Program-made: the position numbers and the translations under genes
Part shown: positions 38,819 to 48,200 of the stretch, one piece after another
Layout of the letters: every line of letters begins with the position of its first letter
How positions within the stretch are numbered: position 1 is the first letter of the stretch
The notes under the pieces: model-generated
Seen by the model: only the letters and a program-made list of their open reading frames with translations
Told to the model about the DNA's origin: nothing
Databases searched by the model: none
Assembly: GCA_050486505.1 (NCBI GenBank)
Contig: JBJHDK010000003.1
Span: 8,287 to 72,286 of the forward strand
DNA length: 64,000 bases
Source: Fibrobacteria bacterium
GTDB lineage: Bacteria > Fibrobacterota > Fibrobacteria > UBA11236
Direction of reading: 5' to 3'

Positions 38819-39274
38819 TCAGGACTTTTTCTTGCCCTCGAAGGAGCCGAAGATCTGGAGATTGTAGCGCTTGACGGTGAAATTCTCCTTGCGCAACAAT
38901 TCGGTGAGCGCGGCATCGAGCTTTGCGCTGGTGACTTCGCGCACGTCGTCGCTGTCGAGCGAAACCAGGTGCGCGTGGGGCTTGTCGTCCAGGTCGATTT
39001 CGTAGTGCGTGTGCCCGTGTCCGAAGTCGGATTCGGAGAGAACTCCCGCTTCCACGAGTTGGCTCAGGGTCCGGTAGAGGGTGGCGCGTGAGGCCTTGAG
39101 ACCGGTTCGCTGCATTTCGAACAGAAGTTCGTCGGCGCTGAAGTGGCCGTTCTGCGCGAGGATGAACTCGAGCAGCGCCATGCGCTCCTTGGTCAGGAAC
39201 ATCCTGTTCCGCTTGAGGAACTCGGTGTAGCGCGCCTGCGCGGTCGCGATCTGGGTTTTATTCATGCCGGTCAC
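38819..39274 (-). CDS. Fur-family metalloregulator (Fur/Zur/PerR-like, His-rich, no CxxC)
   Basis: Fur fold with a His cluster (HGHTHYEIDLDDKPHAH) and an HTH in the N-terminal half. The ATGA overlap with the upstream PBP4 gene points to co-transcription. Confidence 0.65.
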   Translation of the reverse strand: MTGMNKTQIATAQARYTEFLKRNRMFLTKERMALLEFILAQNGHFSADELLFEMQRTGLKASRATLYRTLSQLVEAGVLSESDFGHGHTHYEIDLDDKPHAHLVSLDSDDVREVTSAKLDAALTELLRKENFTVKRYNLQIFGSFEGKKKS

Positions 39275-41514
39275 CGTGACAAGTTACGTTCGCGTTCGGA
39301 AACGGGGGGGAGGAATTCGAACAAAACAATTCCCGAACAGCGTCCGCGCCGCGATTCGAGGTAATCCGCGAGGCTTTCGGAGGCGACGCGACCGCGCAGC
39401 TGGCTGGCGTGACGAAGCATCGGGACGCCGCCGCGCGCATCGACGAAACCGGTATGTGTGGCATCGAGACCTTCGCGGTCGGTCAGGAAGGCGATGCCGA
39501 GAAAGCGGTCGCCGAGGGTCCAGTTCCGTGCCAGGCGAAGCGCTTCCTCGTAGGGAAGCTGCCTGATCTCGGCGGTGAGGTCGGGGCCCGTGACGCCCTT
39601 GCCCGCGAGCAGTTGCCTGCGATGGAGCGTCTTGCGGAACACCGTGTCGCCGGGGAGTTCGAGCACGCGGAAGTCGTCGGGGTTGTTGGCGAGCCATTCA
39701 CCGACGAAGTAGTGGTTGCGGTTCTCGTAGCTGACGGTGTCACCACGGTAGCGAAAGGGAATGATCGCGGGTACCAGATCGGCAGCGCGGCGCACCCGCG
39801 CCAGGCCGAGAACGGCTTCCATGTAGGTGACGCAGTCCATGCGCTCCATGTCGACGATCGGCAGCGGATCGACATCGGCGTGGCGCCCCTCGCCGGTGGG
39901 GCCGAGGAAGTAAGGGGTTCCTTCGAGCTCCTTCGAGAAGTGGCGCAGGCGCTCGGCGTACCCGCGCGGGACATCGGGCCGGTTCAGCAACGTATGGGCG
40001 CGCGCGGCTGCAGGGCGTTCCTTGTTGTACCACAGGGCGGTGCGCATCAACAGCGTGTCGAGCAGGTCCGCTGCGGGTGCAGAGGGGCCGGCGAAGTTGT
40101 TCAGAAGCAGGGTGGCCGCCAGGGTGTCGCCATCGAGGGCGAAAACGTATCCGCTGAGGCCGGAGACGCCGTTGAGCGACCCGGTCTTGTAGCGTGCCAT
40201 GCCGCTGCCGGTGAAGCCGCGCAGCCGTGCCCCGGTGGCTCCGTCGAGGCCGGGCTGGGCGAGCGAGGCGATGTAGTCCCCGCCGTCGGGGTGACGGGCC
40301 ATGCGGGCGAGCAGCCCGGTGAGGGCGCCGGCCTGCAGGCGGTTGCGATCCGAAAGGCCGCTGCCGTCGTGAAGTTCGAACGCTCGGGGATCGACGCCCT
40401 GCCGCGCGACGAAGTCCATGGCAGCCGTGATGCCCGCCTTTGCCGTGCCCTCGCCCTTGATCCTCTTGCCGAGATGGCGCACGAGACGCTCCGCATGGAG
40501 GTTCTGGCTGCGTTGGTTCACCTCGTCGATCAGGGAGATCATGGGGGCCGTGGTGAACCGGTACTCTCGCAGGAGGGGAGCCGTGGCCGCGCCGTCCTCC
40601 GCGATGAAGCGGATGCCCGAAGAGTCCAGCGCGGCGAGTAGCGCGCGGCGGAAGTATTCCGGAGGGTTGCGCACGGGAAAGACCCAGGTGCGCGGCGCGG
40701 CTCCCGCACCCACAGTCCCGGTGAGGATGACATCGGACACATCGTCGCGCAGGGTGAGCGTCACGCCGTGGCGCGCGCCCTGCACCGTGCGGGCCTGGTT
40801 CACCACGCGGACGTGGCCCACGTCGGGATCCAGCGCAAAGGCGGCGGGAACACCCGGGCGCTCTCCGGGGCCCACGGTGATTTCGTAGGCGTTGTCGTTG
40901 TACGACAGGGCCGATACCTCGGCACCGTACCACGCATTGAAATGCCGCTCCGGCCAGGCGGCGGGGCGATGCGGTCCTGTGAAGAAGGTGTCGAGCGCGA
41001 CCACGCTCCCCCGTACGGTGTCGATGCCGAGCGCCCGCAGCGAGTCGGCCCAGACGCGCAAGGGTGCGAGAGCGTCCGGGTAAAAGCGTTTCGAAACGTT
41101 GGGGTCGCCGCCGCCGACGGCGCGCAGGGTTCCGTGGAGCGTGCGCCCGCGCAGGGTTCCAGCGACTTCCAGCGTGGTGTATGGGGCCGCGTCCACGGGA
41201 AAGGCCTCGATCGCCGCGGCGGTGATGACGAGCTTGGCCGTGGACGCGGGCACGAAGGGAACGGTGTCGTTCTGCCGCGCCTCGAAACGACCGTGCCGCA
41301 GGGAATACACTGAGACGGCAAGATCTCCGCCGATGCCGGAACGCGCGTGCACTTCGCGAAGTTCCTTCAGCAGCAGGGGGGACGCTTCGCCGTGCCAGCT
41401 GCGCGAGGGGGTGTACTCCGCGTCGCGCGCGCCTTCGGCCCCCCCGGCGGAGGCGCAGGAGGCGAGGACGAGGAGGGAGAGCAGGGGGAGGAGACGGGTG
41501 ACGGGCGCGACCAC
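39271..41514 (-). CDS. dacB: Lipoprotein fusing a D-Ala-D-Ala carboxypeptidase/endopeptidase (PBP4/S13) with a C-terminal DUF1460 (amidase-like) domain
   Basis: S13 motifs (PASTAKL, SGLSDRN, KTGSL) in the N-terminal half. C-terminal about 250 aa resemble DUF1460 (VDMERMDCVTYMEAVLGLA...NHYFVGEW). Proposed GTG start at 41514 with a GGAG RBS gives the lipoprotein signal MVAPVTRLLPLLSLLVLASC. The longest ORF extends to 41709. Confidence 0.7.
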   Translation of the reverse strand: MVAPVTRLLPLLSLLVLASCASAGGAEGARDAEYTPSRSWHGEASPLLLKELREVHARSGIGGDLAVSVYSLRHGRFEARQNDTVPFVPASTAKLVITAAAIEAFPVDAAPYTTLEVAGTLRGRTLHGTLRAVGGGDPNVSKRFYPDALAPLRVWADSLRALGIDTVRGSVVALDTFFTGPHRPAAWPERHFNAWYGAEVSALSYNDNAYEITVGPGERPGVPAAFALDPDVGHVRVVNQARTVQGARHGVTLTLRDDVSDVILTGTVGAGAAPRTWVFPVRNPPEYFRRALLAALDSSGIRFIAEDGAATAPLLREYRFTTAPMISLIDEVNQRSQNLHAERLVRHLGKRIKGEGTAKAGITAAMDFVARQGVDPRAFELHDGSGLSDRNRLQAGALTGLLARMARHPDGGDYIASLAQPGLDGATGARLRGFTGSGMARYKTGSLNGVSGLSGYVFALDGDTLAATLLLNNFAGPSAPAADLLDTLLMRTALWYNKERPAAARAHTLLNRPDVPRGYAERLRHFSKELEGTPYFLGPTGEGRHADVDPLPIVDMERMDCVTYMEAVLGLARVRRAADLVPAIIPFRYRGDTVSYENRNHYFVGEWLANNPDDFRVLELPGDTVFRKTLHRRQLLAGKGVTGPDLTAEIRQLPYEEALRLARNWTLGDRFLGIAFLTDREGLDATHTGFVDARGGVPMLRHASQLRGRVASESLADYLESRRGRCSGIVLFEFLPPVSERERNLSR

Positions 41515-41525
41515 CAGTCTCCGCA

Positions 41526-41547
41526 GGGGCGACCCATGGGTCGCCCC
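41526..41547. repeat. REP-like palindrome copy 4 (GGGGCGACCCATGGGTCGCCCC, a perfect 22-mer)
   Basis: Shares the GGCGACC/GGTCGCC core. Lies in the aroA-dacB intergenic region under the proposed dacB start. Confidence 0.5.
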
Positions 41548-41591
41548 TACAGGACGCCCGTCACCCGTCTGCCACCCACAGCCTCTGCCTT

Positions 41592-42890
41592 TCATGTCGT
41601 CATCCTCGCGAACTCGTTCCAGTAACCCGGATAGGTCTTGCGCACGCAGTCGGGATCGTTGATCGTCACCGGAACGCCCTTGGGTCCGAGACTGACGAGG
41701 GAGAAGCACATGGCCATGCGGTGGTCGTCGTAGGTGTCGATGGCGACGTCCGGAATCAGTCGTTCCGGCGGATCGATGGAGATCCAGTCGTCGCCTTCTT
41801 CCACCGTCGCGCCGAGCTTGCGCAGCTCCGTCGCCATGGCCTTGAGGCGGTCGGTTTCCTTGAGACGCCAGTTGCCCACGTTGCGGATGGTGGTCTTGCC
41901 TTCGGCGAACAACGCCGTCACGGCGAGCGTCATGCCCGTGTCCGACATGAGATCCATGTCGATATCGATGCCGCGAAGGTCGCCGCCGCCGCGAACTGCC
42001 AGACGATCCGCACTCTGCTCGACGTGAGCACCCATGCGACCGAGAGCGTTGATGAATCCGGCCTCGCCCTGCGGTGAAGACCTGCCGATGTCCGTGACGA
42101 CGATCTTGCTCGATGCGATCGCTCCCGCCGCCAGAAAGTACGATGCGGATGACGCGTCCGGTTCAACGGCGTAACGCCCGGGGCTTTGGTATCCGCAGGG
42201 TTCTTCGATCCGGAAATTCCGATAATCGTCGCGTTCGATGCTCGCGCCGAAATCCCGCATGACCTTGAGCGTCAGGTCCACATAGGGCGCGGATACAAGC
42301 GTTCCCTCGATCTCCACTTCGACCGGGCCACGGCACAACGGCATTGCCATGAGCAGACCCGTCACGAACTGACTCGACAGGTTGCCCCTGATTTTGGTCT
42401 TGCCTCCGGCGAGCCCCCTGGCCTTGAGGGTCAGCGGAGGAAACCCCACCTTGCCGTCATAGATGATTTCCGTATCTCTGCACAGCGGTTGCAATGCGTC
42501 CACGAGATCGCCAATGGGGCGTTCGTACATGCGAGGGATGCCGGTGATACGGAAGGTTCCTTCTCCGGCCGCGAGCAGCGCGGTGAGGATGCGGGTGGCG
42601 GTGCCGGAGTTCCCCAGGAAGAGTTCGAGGGTTCCGTCCTGCGCGCGGAAGAGTCCGGTGCCCTCCAGCGTTTCGGAGGTTCCGGAACCGGTGGCAGCAT
42701 TCCCGAGCGATGCGAGCGCCTTCCGCATGAGCGTGACGTCCTCGCCGTCGGGGAGGTTCTCCAGCGAGGTGGTTCCGCGCGCCAGGGCGGCCAGCGGCAA
42801 CACGCGATTGGCGATGCTTTTGGAGCCGGGGGGCCTGACGGAGAATGGCCGGGGGAGGCGCGCGACGTGCGGGATCTGCAAAGTTTCCAT
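41592..42890 (-). CDS. aroA: 3-phosphoshikimate 1-carboxyvinyltransferase (EPSP synthase)
   Basis: EPSPS motifs (LPGSKSIANR, DxxxDHRMAM). Confidence 0.9.
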   Translation of the reverse strand: METLQIPHVARLPRPFSVRPPGSKSIANRVLPLAALARGTTSLENLPDGEDVTLMRKALASLGNAATGSGTSETLEGTGLFRAQDGTLELFLGNSGTATRILTALLAAGEGTFRITGIPRMYERPIGDLVDALQPLCRDTEIIYDGKVGFPPLTLKARGLAGGKTKIRGNLSSQFVTGLLMAMPLCRGPVEVEIEGTLVSAPYVDLTLKVMRDFGASIERDDYRNFRIEEPCGYQSPGRYAVEPDASSASYFLAAGAIASSKIVVTDIGRSSPQGEAGFINALGRMGAHVEQSADRLAVRGGGDLRGIDIDMDLMSDTGMTLAVTALFAEGKTTIRNVGNWRLKETDRLKAMATELRKLGATVEEGDDWISIDPPERLIPDVAIDTYDDHRMAMCFSLVSLGPKGVPVTINDPDCVRKTYPGYWNEFARMTT

Positions 42891-43004
42891 TGGGGGAACA
42901 ACTTAGAAATCACGGGTTTTCGGGGAAATCCGCGCGGTCGCGGCGGTGGAGGGGCGGATCTCCGTGGTGTTGGTGCCGCGTGTCGATCGTATTACCTTCC
43001 CTGC

Positions 43005-43508
43005 ATGCGTTTCCCGATCCGCTTCGCTTTTTCCGTGCTGCTCCTCGGCGCCATTGTCGCGCCGGCCCAGGACGCCTCCCGCATCCCCCCGCAGAAGCTC
43101 GATATGATCAAGGATGCCATGGCTTCGATGCGCCTTGATGACCGCATCCAGTCGATGGTCGACCAGCAAATCGACATCAAGGCGCGTCGAATCGCCAACG
43201 ACAATCCCGACCTCACCGAAGACGAGGTCCGAGTCGTCAGGCGCACGATCGCCGGCGTGTACGCGGCCAACATGCGTGGTCGCGGGGGGCTTATGGATCG
43301 CGTGCATGTCATCTTCGATCGCTATTTCACCGAAGAGGACCTGCGCTTTGCGGTGCGGTTCCGTGATTCGGACGGCGGTCGCCGCTATCGGGACCTGGCG
43401 CCGCGCGCAGTGCACGACGCGATGGACGCGGGCATGCGCTGGAGCGAGGAACTCGAGCCCGAGATCAGGCGGCGCTTGTTGATCGCCAACCGTGATTTAA
43501 GGCTCTAG
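43005..43508 (+). CDS. Secreted DUF2059-like protein
   Basis: Signal peptide plus YFTEEDL...FRDSDGGRRY, resembling DUF2059. Confidence 0.55.
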   Translation: MRFPIRFAFSVLLLGAIVAPAQDASRIPPQKLDMIKDAMASMRLDDRIQSMVDQQIDIKARRIANDNPDLTEDEVRVVRRTIAGVYAANMRGRGGLMDRVHVIFDRYFTEEDLRFAVRFRDSDGGRRYRDLAPRAVHDAMDAGMRWSEELEPEIRRRLLIANRDLRL

Positions 43509-43515
43509 GGCACCT

Positions 43516-43929
43516 CTACGCGCGCGGCGTGATCGGCGCCTTCTTGTGGCGGCCCCACGCCACGAAGGCAGCGATCAACCCAAGGACGATCGGCATCAGC
43601 AGGGATCCCCCCTCGCCGCGGGCGATATGGAAGAACACGGCCAGAATCATGACGATCGCAAGAAGCGCGCCTGACAGCGGCGTCAACGACGGCTTGATGC
43701 GCGTGAGCGCGGGGAGCACCAGCCCTGCCGCACCTGCGAGCTCGGCGGAGCCGATGAAACGCACCAGCCACAGCGGGACATCCGGAGACCAGGGGACGTA
43801 CATCGCCAGATCGAGAGGGGCCATGGTGACCTTCATCCACCCCGCCATGCCGAAAACCAACGCGAGCACGAGTTGAGCGACCCAAAGGGTCAGGCGAAGC
43901 GATCTCGAGTCGGATGTGCGTGATTCCAT
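43516..43929 (-). CDS. DoxX-family membrane protein
   Basis: Four TM helices with a DoxX-like pattern. Confidence 0.65.
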   Translation of the reverse strand: MESRTSDSRSLRLTLWVAQLVLALVFGMAGWMKVTMAPLDLAMYVPWSPDVPLWLVRFIGSAELAGAAGLVLPALTRIKPSLTPLSGALLAIVMILAVFFHIARGEGGSLLMPIVLGLIAAFVAWGRHKKAPITPRA

Positions 43930-43986
43930 GCGGACCTCCTGCGTTTCAGGTGAACGTAACGCGGCAGGGCATCCCGCGCACGCGAT

Positions 43987-45228
43987 TTATCCCAGGGCGC
44001 GGCTGAAGTCCGCGACCAGGTCTTCCACGTCCTCGATTCCGACCGACACGCGCACCAAGGATTCCGCGATCCCCATTTCGTGGCGCTTCTCCGCGCCCAT
44101 CTCCCAGAAAATGGTCTGGGCGACCGGGATCACCAGGGTGCGCGAGTCACCGAGGTTGCTCGAGAGAATGGCGACCTGCAACCGGTCGAGGACGGCGAAG
44201 GTTTCCGAGGCATCGTCGAGTTCAAAGCTCAGCAAGGTTCCCGCACGGGAAAAAAGTTCTTTTGTTCGCGCGTACTGCGGATGGGAGGCTAGCCCGGGGT
44301 AATTGACCTTGCGAACACGTGGATGCTTCGACAGGGCCTCGGCCAGGATCTGCGCGCTGTCGCAGGCACGGGCGATGCGCAGCGGCAGCGTCTCCGATCC
44401 GATCGACAAGGTGTGCGCGGCCTCGGGCGAAAGCGTGCCTCCGAAGTCGCGCAGGCCTTTCTTGCGCAGCTGCAGCAGCGCCCACTGCTTCGTGTCGGGG
44501 ACCTTGTAGAGATCGAGGATGCCCGAATATTTCGTCCAGTCGAAGCGGCCGAGATCGGTCACGCTGCCACCCAGGGCGTCGCCGTGTCCGCCGAAGTGCT
44601 TCGACAGGGAGTTCACCGAGAACGTCGCATCGACGCTCTTCGGGAGGAAGAGGCAGGCCGAGGTCAGGGTGTTGTCGACCACGTACATGATGCCTCGGTC
44701 GTGGCACAGAGCGCCGATGCCGGCCAGATCCGCGATCTGGGTCACGGGGTTGGCGATGGTTTCCACCAGCACGGCGCGGGTTTCAGGTCGAAGCGCCGAC
44801 TCCACGGTGCGAACGTCCGTGGCATCCACGAAGGTGACTGAAATGCCGACACGCGCCAGTGTGTTCAACTGGCTGGCAGTGTTTCCGAACAGGTAGCGGC
44901 TCGATACGATGTGATCCCCCTGGCGCAGCAGCGACAGCAGGAGTCCCCCCAATGCCGCCATGCCCGTACCGAAGCACACGGTGCCCACGCCCTGTTCCAG
45001 CGCGGTGACCTTGGCTTCCACCGCGGCGACGGTGGGGTTCGATTGGCGGGCGTAGGCGTAACCCTTTTGTTTTCCCTGGAACACGGCGGCCAGATCGGCG
45101 GCCTTCTCGTAACCGTAGGCAATGGACGTGTGGATCGGCTTGTGGAGTGAGCCGTGTTCGGGTTTGCCGAGGCGGTCGGAGTGCAGCAGGGTCGTGGTCA
45201 GACCGTGTTTAGGGGGCTCGGATTTCAT
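43987..45228 (-). CDS. PLP-dependent O-acetylhomoserine/O-succinylhomoserine sulfhydrylase family (Cys/Met metabolism)
   Basis: PLP-lysine region SVNSLSKHFGGHGDALGG and the overall CGS/MetY fold. Confidence 0.8.
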   Translation of the reverse strand: MKSEPPKHGLTTTLLHSDRLGKPEHGSLHKPIHTSIAYGYEKAADLAAVFQGKQKGYAYARQSNPTVAAVEAKVTALEQGVGTVCFGTGMAALGGLLLSLLRQGDHIVSSRYLFGNTASQLNTLARVGISVTFVDATDVRTVESALRPETRAVLVETIANPVTQIADLAGIGALCHDRGIMYVVDNTLTSACLFLPKSVDATFSVNSLSKHFGGHGDALGGSVTDLGRFDWTKYSGILDLYKVPDTKQWALLQLRKKGLRDFGGTLSPEAAHTLSIGSETLPLRIARACDSAQILAEALSKHPRVRKVNYPGLASHPQYARTKELFSRAGTLLSFELDDASETFAVLDRLQVAILSSNLGDSRTLVIPVAQTIFWEMGAEKRHEMGIAESLVRVSVGIEDVEDLVADFSRALG

Positions 45229-45253
45229 TTCAGGGGTAAAAATGCATTGAAAA

Positions 45254-48200
45254 TCAGAACCCGCCGAGCGTGAACCCCACGAAGAAGCGCGCCTGGCGCA
45301 CGTTTTCGAGGTAATCCCCGGGAGTGGCGTAACCGCGCCCCGCCCATTCCTGGAGGTAGACGTTTTCCTCACGGAGTTGGTTCCAGGGCTTGAAAACCAT
45401 CGCATACAGATCCATGGGGATACGGTGGTAGAACATGAAGGTTGCCGACACGCGCGCCCCGTAATCCATCAACAAGTAGTGTTCGCCGCGTGACAGCGCT
45501 CCCGGAAGGTTGTCTGGCGTTCGGTTGAGCACTGTGCCCGCGTTTCCGATCAGGCTCAGTTGGAGCTTGTTCAGCGAACTGAAGGGCGACGGTGGCTCCA
45601 GATAACTCCGGACCTTCAGGGGGAAGTCGGCCTGCACCCGGGTCCAGGTCATCGCCGTTCCCTGCAGGATGTCGCGCCCCCGGTACTGGAAGCTGTAGGG
45701 ATAGCCCGGCATGAAAAAGGCCAGACGATAGGGCATCACCCACAGGTTGGGGTGCAGTGAGGCGGCCTCGGTGCGGCTTGCCTGTGAGACGGCGATGCTG
45801 TCGCGCACCACGGGAAACTTGTGGGTGAAGAATCCGGTCTGGTGCTGCAGCGAGAGGGTCACGCGTTCTCCGTGCGACCAGGCTCCGAACCCTCCGAAGT
45901 CCATCTGCCACGGCGCGAAATCGGCCTTGGTGTATTGGAATGCGGGAACCGGTCGATCTTGCCAGAGAGCTTGCGCGAAGCCTCCGGGAATCGAGTCGGT
46001 GGGAATGGGCTCGTCCGCGTAGCGCGTCCACCATTGCGCCAGCGAGGCCTGGAACCCGAAGTATTGCGGCAGGGCGGTGCCGAAGGCGGGGCGGTACCAC
46101 TGCAATGTCGCGCGCTGGAAGAGGTGGCGGTGCAGGGAGGTTTCCAGCACCCTGTAGGAGTAGGGGAAGACCAGCTCCTGGCCAGTGGACTGGTTGCGGT
46201 AGCGTTCGGTCACCGACTCGTCGAAGACCACATTCTGGTTCCAGTAGCGTGCCTGCCACCACGTCCCGAGGAATCCGCCGCCCAGGCGCAGCCCGTTGAG
46301 TGGAAGCATCGTCTCGCCCTGCAGCACGTCGTAGGTGTACTTGATGCGGTCATCCACGCGAATGCTCGCGTCGTACAGGTCGACGCCGTCGGTGACCGTG
46401 TCGCGCAGGGTGAAACCGAACGCCTGGTGCCGCACGTCGCGCGACGCCACATAGAAGAGGTTGGGCGTCCAGCCATAGCGGTGGTGCCATGCGGTCACGC
46501 CGGACCATTGCCCTCCGTACGAAAGGCCGTAGTCGAGCTGCGTGCTCGCATCAACCTTCTTCGACATGTACCCGCCGAAGAATTGCGAAAGTCCTCCCGA
46601 GACGGGGCCGAGCGCGACCTGCAACCCGATGTCCACATTGAGGTCGGCGAAGGTGGTGTCGTCGAGGAACTGCGGCGAGACGCTCAGGTAGGGCGCGAGG
46701 TTCCATGCCACTTTCTTCACGCGCGGCTCGCGCGATTGCGCTGCCTTCGAATATTCCAGCCGTTTGGGGTGGAGGGGGGCCAGCGTGTCGGCCGTTCCCT
46801 GCCAGGGGGCTTCCGGAGTCAACTCCGCCGGGCCTCGGAAGATGCCGAAGCGCTGGTTTCGGTAGCCTTGGTAGTAGAGCTGCCCGGCGTGCAATTGCGG
46901 TTCCAGCGCCTGGGTGCGGTTGCGTGTCATGCGGTACAGGGTGTCGCCGGGCGGGAGCGCGAACGCGTTGTAGACCCCGTCGCGTCCATCGGTGGAGAAC
47001 AGCAGCGTATCCCCCGTGAAGCGCAGGTCGCGATACGACGCTTCCTCCAGCGGGGTGACCAGCCGCACGGAGTGCCCCGCGGCGACGTGTAGCGAGTCCG
47101 GGAAGGTCGCCGAGTCCTCGAGCGCGGCGAAGGGGTCCCACGCGGGGACGTCGGCCGCCACGGCGGCGATGGCCTCGCGGCCGTGGCGGCCGAGCACGAA
47201 GTAGATGCTGTCGGCCGCAGGGTTGTAGCGCGGGGTGTAAACCTGTTCGCCGTTCGTGAAGCGCGTAAGTTGGCGGATGCGTCCCGAGGCGTCCATCACG
47301 GCGACATTCGAGCTGCCGCGCTCGAAGCGGGCATATACGATGGTGCCCGACTCGGTCGGGTGGTAGGCGGCATCGGAAGCCCGCTCATGCCAGGTGAGTC
47401 GCCGCCATTTTTCCCGCTCCGGTACGCGGGCACGGAAGGCGTACTCCCAGATGTCGCTGTAGGGCGAACCCCAGGCGTTGCGCGTGGTGAGCAGGCGCGT
47501 GCCGTCATGGTTGAATTCGAGCCCGGCCGACCCGAACTCGCGGCTGCGCCCCCCGGGAAGGTGCAGGGGATCGTGGGCCACCGCCGGCTCGGGCAGGGAG
47601 AATCGCGGGCGCAGGGCGGGGTGGGCGCCTGCAGGGAACCGGAAGTCCGGTGCCGGGGACGCGAGTCCCGGAGCGCTGCGCGGCGGGGAGTCCCCTCCCT
47701 CGGCGGGATAGTCCGTCACGGGTTCCGCCGAGCGGCCTTCCTCCGGCCCCCCCACTTCCTTCCAATGGATCCAGTTGAGCGGGAAGCGGCGGTCGTCGTT
47801 GCCCAGCCAGGCCATGTACCGGCCGTCGCGCGAGAAGGCGAGCGATTGCACGTAGCTTCCCTTCATGTCGGCGTCGGCGGGGACATCTTCGGGAAGTTGT
47901 TCGAAGTCGCCGTAGGTTTCGGCCAGATAGTGCGTCCATTCGGCGTAAAGGGCGGAGAGAGGCCTGCCGAACGCTTCCTCGACGGCCCGCCCGAAGTGGA
48001 ACAGGGGCTTGGGGAAGGCGAGCTCGCGGACGGCGTCGATGCCGTCGCGGTCGCGCAGCCAGCGGAGGAAGGCGTAGCCGGTGTTGTAGACGCGCTCGGC
48101 CTGGACCCAGTCGCCGTCGAAGGTTTCGATCTCGCCGAGCGTGGGCAAGGTGCCCGTGAGCCAGGCGTCGCGCACGATCATGTCGCGCTGCGAGTCCCAC

